Origin: Candidatus Heimdallarchaeota archaeon
GTDB lineage: Archaea > Asgardarchaeota > Heimdallarchaeia > Hodarchaeales > Hodarchaeaceae
Length of the DNA: 64,000 nt
NCBI GenBank assembly: GCA_020353515.1
Contig: CP070695.1
Location: 441,173-505,172 of the forward strand
Reading direction: 5' to 3'
In this document: positions 19,048 to 30,348 of the stretch, piece by piece
Layout: the number at the start of each line of letters is the position of its first letter
Position numbering within the stretch: the first letter of the stretch is position 1
Notes under the pieces: model-generated
The model's database searches: none
Told to the model about the DNA's origin: nothing
What the model saw: only the letters and a program-made list of their open reading frames with translations
Program-made: the position numbers and the translations under genes

Positions 19048-20514
19048 GTGCAATTTAATCTGATTCTTGAGTTTATTAATGTCATCAATATGACATTGTG
19101 TTCAATTTTCATGGCAGTTATTATTATCTATTTGATAGAAAATCCAAATCTACGTACAAGAAAGAATATTGCTTTTATTCTGACTTTCTTTTCACTCTCC
19201 ATTTTCTTCTTTAGTAATTATCTCTATTATTCTTTTGAGAGCCACCAAATATTTGATTATCCTTTAGTTGAAGGATTCTTAGATTTTCTTCTTAGCGCAT
19301 CTGTCTTTCTCTGTTTGATTTGGTACAGTCTTTTTTTATTTCTTGAATCAGATGAACGAATATATTATTTTATACTGAGCTTTTTCGTAATTGGGTTAAG
19401 CATATTGGGAGTGATAGTAGTGGGATTGATATTAATAACAACAGGAGATGAAGAAATATTTCTTTATAACGTACTTGCCATTGGAGGGACTATTGTGGGC
19501 TCAATTCTTGGCTCCATTACTTTATTAAAAGCAGGTCGCGAAAAACTCTTTCCTGTACAAGATCGATTATTAATGAGACGAAGAAATATAAGATACGTGG
19601 GAGTGGGAGTCATTTTTGTTAGTATAGGATCGTACTTACAGCTTTCAATCCCTGCTATGCCTGAATTACTTATTATAATTGTCATTGTGATGTGTATCGC
19701 AGTCATATTGTTTTTCATTGGAATAACAAAAACACGTGAACATCTGAGAGAAATATCAGTACGTATCATTGAGAACCAATTGGATGAATTGAGGGAAATA
19801 GATAGATTAAAATCTCAAATTATTGATGTTTCGTCTCATGAAATGCGGACACCAATCGCAGTGATTAAAGGTCACTTCGATCTATTAATAGCTGATGAAA
19901 ACAATCATCATATGGCACTAGAAGCACGAGAGAAAAGCTTTAAAGCAATTAACAGAAATATCGATCGAATAGAACGGTCTTTAGCAAACATCTACGACTT
20001 TTCATCTATTAGAAGAGAGCTTTTTGATTTCCAGTTTGAAAATTCTAATCTAATTCCCGTATTAAATAGCACAATTAATGATATGAGCAGTCTAGCTGAA
20101 CAAAAAGGATTAACTATTTCATTCACTAATGAAATCACTTTAGAACCTTCTTTTGTAAGGATTGACCCAGTTCGTATCTCACAAGTCCTTCGTAACTTAC
20201 TTGAGAATGCTATCAAGTACTCATCAGAAGGAGAAATAAAGGTTCATCTTGAAGAGACGAACTCTGAATATGTTGTTTCTGTCATTGATCCAGGTGTTGG
20301 GATTGATAAGGATAGCATGGAAACTATTTTTGATCCGTTTAAAGGGAAGAATCAATCCGCAATTGATGTCAAAGGATTAGGTTTGGGTTTATTTATTTGT
20401 AAAAATATTATCGAAGGACATCATGGGAGGATTTGGGCAACTTCCGAAGGAAAAGGAAGTCAGTTTTATTTTTCACTTCCTAAAGAGGGGAATGAACAGA
20501 GAGTAATGAAATAG
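19048..20514 (+). CDS. Membrane (about 7 TM) sensor histidine kinase
   Basis: SHEMRTP H-box, NLLENAIKY, DPGVG, GLGLGL. Confidence 0.95.
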   Translation: MQFNLILEFINVINMTLCSIFMAVIIIYLIENPNLRTRKNIAFILTFFSLSIFFFSNYLYYSFESHQIFDYPLVEGFLDFLLSASVFLCLIWYSLFLFLESDERIYYFILSFFVIGLSILGVIVVGLILITTGDEEIFLYNVLAIGGTIVGSILGSITLLKAGREKLFPVQDRLLMRRRNIRYVGVGVIFVSIGSYLQLSIPAMPELLIIIVIVMCIAVILFFIGITKTREHLREISVRIIENQLDELREIDRLKSQIIDVSSHEMRTPIAVIKGHFDLLIADENNHHMALEAREKSFKAINRNIDRIERSLANIYDFSSIRRELFDFQFENSNLIPVLNSTINDMSSLAEQKGLTISFTNEITLEPSFVRIDPVRISQVLRNLLENAIKYSSEGEIKVHLEETNSEYVVSVIDPGVGIDKDSMETIFDPFKGKNQSAIDVKGLGLGLFICKNIIEGHHGRIWATSEGKGSQFYFSLPKEGNEQRVMK

Positions 20515-20537
20515 CCAATCATTTCAATAGATCATTC

Positions 20538-22289
20538 TTAGACAAACATTCTTTTTGTGATTACTTCTAGCAAAGTAATGAAAATCAGCCCAATCAAGAC
20601 AATAGAAACTATCTCCCAACTTTGGTAGAAAAATCCTGACTTAATCTCTGTAAGCTTAAAATATCCAAAAATTATACTATTTAAGCCTATAAAGATTCCT
20701 AGCCATTTACGAATTTGATTTTCAACATTCTCAACTGTAAAAGTATAACGGTTATTTATCTTACCAAAGAAGAAGGCATATAAAATGAGGAATACATACA
20801 CGGCGATGATATTTGCAAAGAAGATTTTAATGTATGTATAGAACATACCTAGTGTCATAAATCCCTGAAGAAGAAGGAAAATGATTAGAATTGGGAATAA
20901 ACAGGCAGTTGTTATGATTAACTGCTTAGATCGAAAAAGATCTCTTTCTTCAAAAGGTAAAGCCGAAAGTAATCCTCCAAGATTCCTTTCAGATAATCTT
21001 ATGCTATTATAAAAGATGAATATCAGAAATCCTGTTAAAAAAGCTAACATTGTTGTGATAAACCAAGCATGCCCACCTCCGCCACCAATGTATCTTTCTG
21101 GCATCGTAGATGCATAAAATAAGATAATAGTTGGCATTAACAATCCTACAACAAATAATGTAAGAGCGCCATAATCACGAAAGACCATTTTCAAGGTTTT
21201 TTTCATGAAAGTAATAACTGGATTTGAAGTTTTTACTTGTACGACGATATCCTTTTCTGAGATTCCTCTATATCCACTAACAGCTGGTTCAAATGCCAAC
21301 CTTTGTATGAGTGAACTTCCTTTCTTTAAAGCAATTGTGATGATTCCCAAAAGAACAATAACACCTGAGCTAGAAACCAATGTTAGTAGTAAGGATATTG
21401 AACTTGAGGGGAACAACAAGGCTAAAGTCGTCAAGTAACTACTAGAAAAGGGAAATGGAACTATAGCAAGAATAAAATTGATTTCTGGTGTTATTTTTCC
21501 TGTGATAAGATTAGAATTGAATAGTTCATTAATTATATGATACAAGGATGACGTAAGAAAAAATATTGGAATAACTGTTATAATATATATCACTATTGTA
21601 AGAACTGTTAAAATCGGTCCCATTGGAGACCTTTCTGTTGTATTAAAAACTTTTTGAGCTAATATCCAAGCCGTTATCACTAGGACTGGAACAATGAATC
21701 CTAGATTAACGAGATTATTTAGGAGAAGGATGATGAAAGTTAATAGAGAAGAAGTTAGAATTAGCCCTACTACTGGAAGAAAAAATAGAATAAATGTTAA
21801 CTGGATCGCATTCATACGAAAGAATACAAAAAAGGTCAATTGGGTCATATCACGCGAGCTTAGGGGAAGATGACGTAGGAATCTGAAATAATCTCCTCTC
21901 ATAAAGGTTACATAATTCATTAAACCTGCCATAAATAGAATAAATAGAATATACACATTATAAATTGACAATATTGCGCTATTTGCAAATACAACTGCAG
22001 TGAAGTTGCTAGAAGTAATATCTACTGAGAACAATTGTATTAAACCTATTATTGGTAAAATAGTAACAACTCCCAAAATATAACAAATAAACAATCCTCC
22101 AAGAAGTGCGAATCTCCTCTGAGATTTCATATTCTTTTTATATTTTTCAATTGTTTCAACTTTAGTGGATATTCCTGTTGCTAATTGTGTTTGAAAGTGG
22201 ATTTCTTCATGAATTTTTTTTGAAAAATGCCAGAGTTCACTACACGATAAGTTTGACAAGTGCATAACCTTCCTAAGTTTTTCCCTCAA
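20538..22289 (-). CDS. ABC-2 exporter permease
   Basis: Two-module polytopic protein with LRHLPLS and LSALPF motifs; follows the ATPase gene. Confidence 0.85.
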   Translation of the reverse strand: MREKLRKVMHLSNLSCSELWHFSKKIHEEIHFQTQLATGISTKVETIEKYKKNMKSQRRFALLGGLFICYILGVVTILPIIGLIQLFSVDITSSNFTAVVFANSAILSIYNVYILFILFMAGLMNYVTFMRGDYFRFLRHLPLSSRDMTQLTFFVFFRMNAIQLTFILFFLPVVGLILTSSLLTFIILLLNNLVNLGFIVPVLVITAWILAQKVFNTTERSPMGPILTVLTIVIYIITVIPIFFLTSSLYHIINELFNSNLITGKITPEINFILAIVPFPFSSSYLTTLALLFPSSSISLLLTLVSSSGVIVLLGIITIALKKGSSLIQRLAFEPAVSGYRGISEKDIVVQVKTSNPVITFMKKTLKMVFRDYGALTLFVVGLLMPTIILFYASTMPERYIGGGGGHAWFITTMLAFLTGFLIFIFYNSIRLSERNLGGLLSALPFEERDLFRSKQLIITTACLFPILIIFLLLQGFMTLGMFYTYIKIFFANIIAVYVFLILYAFFFGKINNRYTFTVENVENQIRKWLGIFIGLNSIIFGYFKLTEIKSGFFYQSWEIVSIVLIGLIFITLLEVITKRMFV

Positions 22290-23058
22290 GTCGTTTTAAA
22301 TTCGCAATGATCCCATTGGTTACCTCATCCTGATCAGTTAATTTCAGGAAGACTTCTTCAAGCGTAGCTCCTGCAGATTGGGCAAGATCTTGGAGTTCTT
22401 CAAACGTTCCTTCAGCAACCAGCTTCCCTTGGTTAATTATTCCAATCCTGGTGCATAAGACCTGTGCTTGTTCCATAATATGAGTTGAAAAGAGGATAGA
22501 CCCACCATTCTCAATGTGAATGCGAAATAACTCCTTTAATATAGCTGAAGAGCGAGCATCCAATCCAGAGAGCGGTTCATCGAGAATTAATAATTTAGGC
22601 TTATGAAGTAAGGCGCAAATGATTTGAATCTTCTGTTTATTTCCCTGACTAAGGCTAGCTATTAACGAATCATAGTACTTCTTTGCATTTAGTGATTTAA
22701 GCAGTTCCTCAGCATCTAGCGAAGTTATTTGGGGATTTAATCCACGTAACGAAGCAACAAAATTCAATAATTCAGCAACAGTCATGGATTCATATAATGA
22801 AAGCTCCTCTGGAACGTAACCAATGTTTTTCTTAACTTTTGTGGGTGTTCTGATTGGATCGTCACCAAAAACGGAAATACTTCCAGAATTAATTTCAAGT
22901 AACCCGAGGATTGATTTAATAGTGGTTGATTTACCAGCTCCATTAGGGCCAAGTAATCCATAAATCTCACCAGGCTTGACGTTGAAAGAGAGCCCATCAA
23001 CCGCTTTTACAGAACCAAAGTACTTCTTCAGATTATTTACAACTAAAACTACTTTCAT
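22273..23058 (-). CDS. ABC transporter ATP-binding protein
   Basis: GPNGAGKST, LSQGNKQK, LDEP, STH. Confidence 0.95.
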   Translation of the reverse strand: MKVVLVVNNLKKYFGSVKAVDGLSFNVKPGEIYGLLGPNGAGKSTTIKSILGLLEINSGSISVFGDDPIRTPTKVKKNIGYVPEELSLYESMTVAELLNFVASLRGLNPQITSLDAEELLKSLNAKKYYDSLIASLSQGNKQKIQIICALLHKPKLLILDEPLSGLDARSSAILKELFRIHIENGGSILFSTHIMEQAQVLCTRIGIINQGKLVAEGTFEELQDLAQSAGATLEEVFLKLTDQDEVTNGIIANLKRLEGKT

Positions 23059-23065
23059 GATAAGA

Positions 23066-23395
23066 TCACTCCTGAAAGACGTTCATTATGAATTTTTTAT
23101 ATTTCTCAAAAGCACTACGACCTTGTTCAGTAATTTCCAATACAGTAGCAGGTTTCTTACCCCGAAAAATCTTATCGATTTTAATATAACCAGCATCCTC
23201 TAGTTTAGATGCATGGGAAGAAAGATTTCCCCAAGAAAGGTTTGTTTTTCTTTTGAAAAAGATAAGATCTGCATTCTCCACAGAATAGAGATGAGACATT
23301 ATTATGAGCCGAGAGGGTTCATGGATTAACTTATCAATGACAGAAGGTTCAGGAACATCAAAATCATCGTTAATATTTGTCTGTTTATTAGTCAG
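23066..23395 (-). CDS. Winged-helix transcriptional regulator (ArsR/MarR-like), probable CTG start
   Basis: Conserved IDKLIHEPSRLIIMS lies upstream of the first ATG; LSWGNLSSHASKLEDAGYI. Confidence 0.85.
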   Translation of the reverse strand: MTNKQTNINDDFDVPEPSVIDKLIHEPSRLIIMSHLYSVENADLIFFKRKTNLSWGNLSSHASKLEDAGYIKIDKIFRGKKPATVLEITEQGRSAFEKYKKFIMNVFQE

Positions 23396-24039
23396 GATTC
23401 TTCCTCCTCCATCTGAATCACTGGATATGTTTGGATAAACCTGATGTATCTTATTATGCCAAGAATAATTGCTAGAACACCTAAAGTAAAGAAATAGAAG
23501 TATAATCCAAGCTTTTCATCTGGAAAATCAATGACAGAAAAGAAAAAACCAAGTAGTGTTGAGAATGTCCCAAGAATGTAATAACGTTGTTGTCCAGTTT
23601 TATCTACAAGGTAAAGACTAGGACCGAACATTATCAATCCGAAAAGAAATGGAAGCCATTTGTAAATCAAAGTTAATTCGAATTTACCCTCAATTAGAAT
23701 CATTGTAGTAAGTGCTATAGCAAAAACACCTAGAATGAAAGCTAAAAATTCAAGCAGAGACTTCTTTACTGAATATCCTTCTCTTTCAGCTTCTCGTTTA
23801 AATTCCACTCTCCCTAGACGAGGATACGTTGTACGTTCACGTATCAACTCAATGAAAGGGGTACCGAAAAAGAGGAGAAAAGGGACAAATACCACAAAGA
23901 CTGGAATGGTGAAAAGTAAAGGCATAAATATTAATACAATTCCTAAAAGTATCTCTGTAATTCCATCAGTCATAAATTCATGGAATGTTTGCTGTTCAAT
24001 TTTTTTTATATCGATTTTTTCGTTCATAAAACACACCAT
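23392..24039 (-). CDS. Membrane protein co-transcribed with the wHTH regulator
   Basis: DGITE and TYPRLG motifs; about 6 TM. Confidence 0.8.
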   Translation of the reverse strand: MVCFMNEKIDIKKIEQQTFHEFMTDGITEILLGIVLIFMPLLFTIPVFVVFVPFLLFFGTPFIELIRERTTYPRLGRVEFKREAEREGYSVKKSLLEFLAFILGVFAIALTTMILIEGKFELTLIYKWLPFLFGLIMFGPSLYLVDKTGQQRYYILGTFSTLLGFFFSVIDFPDEKLGLYFYFFTLGVLAIILGIIRYIRFIQTYPVIQMEEEES

Positions 24040-24076
24040 ATTGTCTGATTAAGTACACACTTCACTCATATAAATA

Positions 24077-24108
24077 ACTTTGTATTGCAGAGTGCTTCAT
24101 TCTGAGGT
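24077..24108. promoter_or_regulatory. Candidate wHTH operator
   Basis: ACTTTG-N5-CAGAGT dyad followed by weaker GCTTCA-N3-TGAGGT, just upstream of the operon. Confidence 0.5.
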
Positions 24109-24223
24109 GTACTTTATCTAATTTTTTTTAGTGATTAAAACTGTTTTTGCTAAAATAAAACTCAATAAGGGGATAAAATCGCATTCATTCTAAAAGGGAT
24201 GTGGATATAAAGAGGATAATATT

Positions 24224-26326
24224 TCATTGAATGTTTTCATCAGATTGTGTTAGGTAGTAATCAATTTCCGTCCCACTTGTCAAAGGGAGAGAGCAAGTGA
24301 AGTTTCTACAGATAAAAGTAGTCCCATTAAACCAATCCTGGTAATTTGGTGAGTTAAGTCTCTGCTCCAGTAGCGGAAGATGGCGTAGATCATTGAGTGT
24401 ACTAGGTTTTACATGAATGAAAACTGATTGAGGTAAATATACAGACCGAAGGTATTTCCCTGTCGAATCCACCTCATCTACCTTCCTATCATCAAAATAT
24501 ATGACTTCAACAGGTTTATAATGAAACATGTCAAAGGCAATTAAAGAATCACCACTAATATATCCACTCTCTTGAAACCAACCAATTAAAAACTGGGCCT
24601 GCTTCTCTGCTCGTTCTAAATAAGTGATATTACCTGAATAATGGTACAATCGAAGAAGATTCTCAAGACTCACTGCGTTTGCACTTGGAAGAGAAAAAGT
24701 GACCATAGGTTTTTCACGAATAGCTATATCTTTTTGCCAGCTTCCAATAAAGAAGTATCCAAAGTGGTCTGGATCCCAGAATTCCTTATCAAAAATGGTT
24801 TGCAGATGGATTGCTTCATCAAGATAGTATTTTTTCCCTGATACCGAAAAAATTTCTAACAACGCAGTAATCATTAAGGCATAATCCTCTGCAAACGCGA
24901 GTGATTTCACTTTTCCACGAAAATTCCGATAGAGTTTTCCCTCCTTATCCCGTAATCGTCCTAAAATGAAGTTAATAGCTTTTTCAGCTGAAGATAAATA
25001 TTCAGGTTCATTTAAGATAAATGAAGCCTTAGCTAATGCATGTATGGTCAATGCATTCCACGCTACAATGATATTATCATTTAAAAAAGGCTTAACACGT
25101 TTTTCACGATATGAAAAAAGCTTCTGCTTAAAGTGTTTGATTTCATCCTTTGAAATCTCCTTCCCAAGCTTTGTTGTTTCATGGAGGATTGAATATCCGT
25201 CCTCAAAGTTACCATCTTGTGTTACATCGTATAAATCAGCAAACTTTTTTCCATTTTTCTCTCCTAAAACCTTTTGTATTTCCTCTGGCTTCCAGATAAA
25301 GAATTTCCCCTCAACTCCCTCAGAGTCAGCATCCTGGGAGGAGTAAAATCCCCCATATTCTGGATGAGTCATTTCCCTGGAGAGATATTCAATGATTTCT
25401 CTAACAATTTCTGCATATCTGGGACGTTTAGTGACTTGATAAGCCTCTAAATATAGAAGAATAAGTTGAGCATTATCATAAAGCATTTTCTCGAAATGAG
25501 GAACCAACCATTTCCTGTCGACAGAGTATCTGTGAAACCCATATCCTAAGTGGTCGTAGATCCCTCCAGCAGCCATATTATCAAGAGTTAAAGTGATCTG
25601 CTTTAGTATTTCACGATTTTGACGTCGAGTATAGGATAATAATAGGAACCGTAAGTCACTTACTTGAGGAAATTTAGGTTGGAATCCAAATCCACCAAAT
25701 ATATCATCAATTTGGTCTAATAAATGGATCATTGACGCGTCGAGAACATCATTTAGAGTTGATAAATCTGGTGTACCAGTTGAAGTGGCTTGATTTTCCA
25801 GAGCTAGAAGGACCTTTTGTGTGAGTTCTTTTATTTGTTGATTGTTATTCTGATATTCAGTCGATACACTTGTTAAGACTTGTTTGAAACTCGGTAGTCC
25901 ATATGTGGCTTTTTTAGGAAAATAAGTTCCACCTGCAAATGCCTCACCAGTCGGAGTCGCAAAAACAGTGAGTGGCCATCCTCCAGCTCTTCTAGTTAGA
26001 AGGGACACTGCTTTCTGATACAATGAGTCTAAATCAGGTCTTTCCTCACGATCAACCTTAATATTGATAAAAAGGTCATTCATAAGTGCTGCGGTCTCAG
26101 GATCTTCGAATGATTCTTCCTCCATTACGTGACACCAATGACATGCCGCATAGCCTATTGAGATAAGCAGAGGTTTATTCAGTTCTTTTGCTTTTGTTAA
26201 ACCTTCTTCCCAAGGATACCATTCCACTGGATTATACATATGTTGACGAAGATAAGGACTAGTTTCATTAGTTAATTGATTTGTTTCTCGGTTCTGACCC
26301 ATAGAATATCCAATCCACTGATTCAA
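24224..26326 (-). CDS. Thioredoxin-domain protein, YyaL/SSP411 (SPATA20) family
   Basis: [39 protein letters not shown]. Confidence 0.95.
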   Translation of the reverse strand: MNQWIGYSMGQNRETNQLTNETSPYLRQHMYNPVEWYPWEEGLTKAKELNKPLLISIGYAACHWCHVMEEESFEDPETAALMNDLFINIKVDREERPDLDSLYQKAVSLLTRRAGGWPLTVFATPTGEAFAGGTYFPKKATYGLPSFKQVLTSVSTEYQNNNQQIKELTQKVLLALENQATSTGTPDLSTLNDVLDASMIHLLDQIDDIFGGFGFQPKFPQVSDLRFLLLSYTRRQNREILKQITLTLDNMAAGGIYDHLGYGFHRYSVDRKWLVPHFEKMLYDNAQLILLYLEAYQVTKRPRYAEIVREIIEYLSREMTHPEYGGFYSSQDADSEGVEGKFFIWKPEEIQKVLGEKNGKKFADLYDVTQDGNFEDGYSILHETTKLGKEISKDEIKHFKQKLFSYREKRVKPFLNDNIIVAWNALTIHALAKASFILNEPEYLSSAEKAINFILGRLRDKEGKLYRNFRGKVKSLAFAEDYALMITALLEIFSVSGKKYYLDEAIHLQTIFDKEFWDPDHFGYFFIGSWQKDIAIREKPMVTFSLPSANAVSLENLLRLYHYSGNITYLERAEKQAQFLIGWFQESGYISGDSLIAFDMFHYKPVEVIYFDDRKVDEVDSTGKYLRSVYLPQSVFIHVKPSTLNDLRHLPLLEQRLNSPNYQDWFNGTTFICRNFTCSLPLTSGTEIDYYLTQSDENIQ

Positions 26327-26436
26327 CCATTTCTAGTCAAAAGTAATAAGCGAACCGCTCTTTATATCGAAAATTTGTAACAGAAGCTATTATTAGAAAA
26401 AGTGGACTGGCATAAGGTAATGATTTTCTTCTGTTA

Positions 26437-27222
26437 TTAAGGTAGAGGCAATGATATCAATGACCAATCATGTGAAGATACTAGAAGGGGAGTCATAAGT
26501 ATAAATACAATGATAGTTGTAAGAGGAACCGTTATGTTATCTAATTCCCCTGGTGACAAGGCTTCAACGATTGTAGCTATCCCTACAATTACAAGAGTAA
26601 GAAGAGCCATAGATATGAAATCATAACCAAAAATAGCAAGAAAGGCGAGGCAAGCAGCGAATGAGGAAAGGAACATTGCAGCTGAGCCGGGAATGGATTT
26701 CTCAACCAGAATTGTGAATTTAAACCGATCCACCTTACGTCCAATGATATCAGCGAGACCATCTCCAACTGCCAGTATTGAAATAATAAAAATGGAGAGA
26801 GGACTATACCATGACATAGAAGGGTAGGATGTCCATCCAATAATACAAACGATGATTACAACAACTAGATAATAAGCAATACCTCGAAGAAGCTCTCTAG
26901 GGTCTCCTGAACGACTCATTGTCGTGGTTAACTGACTTAATTTTACAATCTCCAAATTTATTAAAAGAATGGCAATAAAGTAAACTACAGGAATGGTAAC
27001 AGCTATCCATGGACTGAACCACTCTCCAGAATAAAATAAAAATGTAAATAAGAAGATTGGTGCCAAAGCAAGATGTATCAATTTGCGAGTGAAGTATTGG
27101 GAGGCGATTTTTTTCTTTTTTATCCAATCAGTGAAATAGAAGAACAAAATACTAATGATAAACGAAAGTATCATGACAATGATGTCTTGAATGAGAGATA
27201 GTTCACTAGGAAGGATTTTCAT
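26437..27222 (-). CDS. Polyprenol/phytol kinase (SEC59/VTE5/DGK1 family)
   Basis: RKLIH, GDGLADIIG, KSIPGS, EALS..LDNITVP. Confidence 0.9.
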   Translation of the reverse strand: MKILPSELSLIQDIIVMILSFIISILFFYFTDWIKKKKIASQYFTRKLIHLALAPIFLFTFLFYSGEWFSPWIAVTIPVVYFIAILLINLEIVKLSQLTTTMSRSGDPRELLRGIAYYLVVVIIVCIIGWTSYPSMSWYSPLSIFIISILAVGDGLADIIGRKVDRFKFTILVEKSIPGSAAMFLSSFAACLAFLAIFGYDFISMALLTLVIVGIATIVEALSPGELDNITVPLTTIIVFILMTPLLVSSHDWSLISLPLP

Positions 27223-27301
27223 TGGTTTATCAAGCTCTTTTCAAGTATAGTCTACAACAGAAGCTTTAGAATGATTCTAATTATTTGTTGTTAATAATGT
27301 T

Positions 27302-28402
27302 TCAGTTAAGTATACATTCTAAGGTACTATTCACTATAGAATAATAACAAGAATTACAGCTTTCACAAAGTGCAGGGGAGTGATCACCACTCTTCCAGCG
27401 TTTAGCAAGATCTGGTTCACAAATTAGCGGTCTACTCATTGATATAAAATCAGTAATCCCTTTTTGGATAAATCTTTCTGCTGATAATGGATTTCTAATT
27501 CCACCCATAAGTATAAGTGGACAGTCATCTGTTAGTGTACGTATTGCTTTCACGGTCTGTAAAAAATAATTTTCCTCTTCAGAGGAGTTAATGGCAACAC
27601 TAGGAAGCAGCAGGTCAGTTCCTATCAGATCCCCTCCTCCTCCACTTGGTTCGATTGCATCAAATCCTGTTTCATAGACAATTTTTGTAATTTCTAGTCC
27701 CTCATCTAATTTCAACCCCCCTTGGAGATCACCATCCTGAGTTTGTAATTTTATAATTATGGGAAACTCCTTCCCTACTTCATCTCTGAGACTGTGATAA
27801 ATATCTATCAAGATTTTTGTTCGATTGAAGGTACTTCCTCCAAATTCATCAGTCCGTTGATTTGTATAGGGTGTCAGAAAACTACCCAATAGATATCCAT
27901 GAGCTGCGTGTAATTGTACCATATCATAACCACTTTCATAAGCTCTCCAACCTGCCTCGACGAATGCAGGAATGATAATTTCTCTTATTTCTGCTGTTGA
28001 TAATGCTCTGGGGACTCTACCAGTTTGAGGGTAGAGGATTGCAGAGGGGGCAACTGCTTCATATCTCCTATTCGAACTCTGTCGACCTGTGTGACCAATT
28101 TGAGCCGCTATTTTTGTATCATAACTATGGATACTTTTTACAAGTTTTCTATGACTGGAAATAAACCCATCACTATGCAAACTGGTACCTTTCTTTGAGA
28201 AGGTGCTGGAAGGATCCACTGCTATCCCTCCTGTGATAATTAAGCCAACTTCTCCTTTCGCCAACTCTGTATAGAGGTCAATAAGCTGATCATTGGGGTG
28301 TCCCTCGTCAGCCATATTTTCAGCTGTTGCTGATCTTACGATTCTGTTCTTAATTGGAACATTACCAATTTTATGAGGACTGAATAAATTGTGTAATTCC
28401 AT
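27302..28402 (-). CDS. NADH:flavin oxidoreductase (Old Yellow Enzyme family)
   Basis: NRIVRSAT, QLHAAHGYL, NQRTDEFGGS. Confidence 0.95.
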   Translation of the reverse strand: MELHNLFSPHKIGNVPIKNRIVRSATAENMADEGHPNDQLIDLYTELAKGEVGLIITGGIAVDPSSTFSKKGTSLHSDGFISSHRKLVKSIHSYDTKIAAQIGHTGRQSSNRRYEAVAPSAILYPQTGRVPRALSTAEIREIIIPAFVEAGWRAYESGYDMVQLHAAHGYLLGSFLTPYTNQRTDEFGGSTFNRTKILIDIYHSLRDEVGKEFPIIIKLQTQDGDLQGGLKLDEGLEITKIVYETGFDAIEPSGGGGDLIGTDLLLPSVAINSSEEENYFLQTVKAIRTLTDDCPLILMGGIRNPLSAERFIQKGITDFISMSRPLICEPDLAKRWKSGDHSPALCESCNSCYYSIVNSTLECILN

Positions 28403-28494
28403 TCTCTGTTATCTTCCTGAATAAAAGATATTTTTGCATTAAATTCTTAAATGAAAATTGAGTTTTCAACATTTTGAATATTAAGGCGATTTAA

Positions 28495-29670
28495 ATGAGA
28501 AAAGTGAATAATATCGTTGTAGTTGGTGTGGGGCAAATGGGTAAGGGTATTGCTCAAGTTTGTTTGATGGCTGGATATAATGTCACCTTGATGGACATTC
28601 AAGAGGATATTATCAAAAACGCAGTTAATTACATCAAGAATGGTTTAAACAAGCTTGAATCAAAAGGCCAATTACTTGGAGGATTAACAACTACTGGCAT
28701 TTTGAAGAATTTGAATACAACAACTAATTTGATTGATGCTGTAAACGATGCAGATTATATTATTGAAGCAATAATTGAAAAATTAGATATTAAACAAAAA
28801 GTCTGCAAAGGAGCTCTTGACAATTCTCCTGATCATTGCATATTTGCTTCAAACACTTCTAGCATTCGGATTACAGATATTGCAAAAACTAGTAAAAAAC
28901 CAGCTAATGTCATTGGAATGCACTTTTTCAATCCTGCACCCTTAATGCGTTTGATTGAAATTATAGCAGGAGAAAAAAGCTCAAAAGAAGCGATAGATAT
29001 TGGAGTGGAAGTCGGAGAAAGCTTACCATGCCTGAGAGGAGAGCGATATGTCCCTCAAGTGTTGAAGGATCGTCCTGGTTTTATTGTCAATCGTGTATTA
29101 GCTCCTGGAAGGATTTACTCTGATTACATTTATGATCTTGCATATAAAAAAGGAATTCCTTGGGAACAAGTTGATGCAGATGTATCAAATCCAAAAGCGC
29201 CGATGAGTCAATTAGTTGTAGCAGATTTTGTTGGCCGAGATGTGTCACTTCACACAGCAGAATATTATGCAGAAACTCTCTCATCTGATTTCGCACCTGG
29301 GGAATTCGTGAGAAAACAAGTTGCAGAAGGAAATTTAGGTCAAAAAACTGGACGTGGTTTCTATGATTGGTCTAAGGGTCGGCCTAAACCTGACTTATCA
29401 AAGAAAGCAGGGATTGTAAACCCCATGGTTTATACCGCAATACAAGCCAATGAAGGATGTCGAATTTTAGAAGAAGGTGTTTGTCAAAGCTGGAAAGTGA
29501 TTGATGAGGCTATACTTGCAGGAATGAATTTTCCTGGCCCAATGAAATCAGCCACAGAAAATTACAAACAAATGGTTGAACTTCTTGAGGAATATTCCGA
29601 AAAATTGAAGAAATCGTACATCAAACCTGTTGAACTACTAAGATCAGGGGAATTTGTTGATATGGTATGA
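28495..29670 (+). CDS. 3-hydroxyacyl-CoA dehydrogenase
   Basis: GVGQMGKG, SNTSS, GMHFFNP, GFIVNR, LGQKTGRGFY. Confidence 0.95.
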   Translation: MRKVNNIVVVGVGQMGKGIAQVCLMAGYNVTLMDIQEDIIKNAVNYIKNGLNKLESKGQLLGGLTTTGILKNLNTTTNLIDAVNDADYIIEAIIEKLDIKQKVCKGALDNSPDHCIFASNTSSIRITDIAKTSKKPANVIGMHFFNPAPLMRLIEIIAGEKSSKEAIDIGVEVGESLPCLRGERYVPQVLKDRPGFIVNRVLAPGRIYSDYIYDLAYKKGIPWEQVDADVSNPKAPMSQLVVADFVGRDVSLHTAEYYAETLSSDFAPGEFVRKQVAEGNLGQKTGRGFYDWSKGRPKPDLSKKAGIVNPMVYTAIQANEGCRILEEGVCQSWKVIDEAILAGMNFPGPMKSATENYKQMVELLEEYSEKLKKSYIKPVELLRSGEFVDMV

Positions 29671-29686
29671 ATTCTGTGTCTCATAG

Positions 29687-30274
29687 CTAAATGATTCTAA
29701 TCATATCACACTTTGTAATAGTAACATTTCTTCTCGTCCCTGGAGCATTTACTAGATGCCAGACAGTATATTGTTCTGCATAGGGCTCAGTCGCAGATAT
29801 TCCGTCGATAGGTACAATTATTTTTAACTGTCTCTGTGCTGCACCTGTAGCTGTATGTAGTACTGCTCCATGTGCCGAGGTTCCAACGATAATAACCTTA
29901 GAAATCCCATTTGTTGTCAAGATATTTTCTAGGTCTGTCTTGTAAAACTTATCCACTCCTGATTTTACAATTGGTTCATTTCCTAGAGGTTTAACCTCAT
30001 CTCGAATATCTTCAAGAGGAGAGGACCTTATCAAAGCATATACAACAAAAAGGTTCTTTTCTCTTACTTTTGAAAGCAATTTTTGTACCTTTAGTAAACT
30101 CGCTACACATCTAGGTCTTCTTTCTTGATTACAGTTCATGTACTGAAAATCCAAAACGATTAAAGCGGTTGATGTCGACTTAACTGACACTTCCTCAAGT
30201 TCAGGAGGTGTTGGAGGCAGAATTTCCTCCCATTCTTCGAGTATTGTTTGATTATGTACCATATGCATCCCCAA
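29687..30274 (-). CDS. Isochorismatase-fold protein lacking the catalytic Cys
   Basis: ALIVLDFQ, VKSGVDKF; GTSAHGAVLHT. Confidence 0.85.
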   Translation of the reverse strand: MGMHMVHNQTILEEWEEILPPTPPELEEVSVKSTSTALIVLDFQYMNCNQERRPRCVASLLKVQKLLSKVREKNLFVVYALIRSSPLEDIRDEVKPLGNEPIVKSGVDKFYKTDLENILTTNGISKVIIVGTSAHGAVLHTATGAAQRQLKIIVPIDGISATEPYAEQYTVWHLVNAPGTRRNVTITKCDMIRII

Positions 30275-30348
30275 TCAGATCTTTTTAAATAGGTTAAGCA
30301 GATTGAAAAATAAGTATCAAAATCTTTACTTTCTTATTTTCATGTCTT

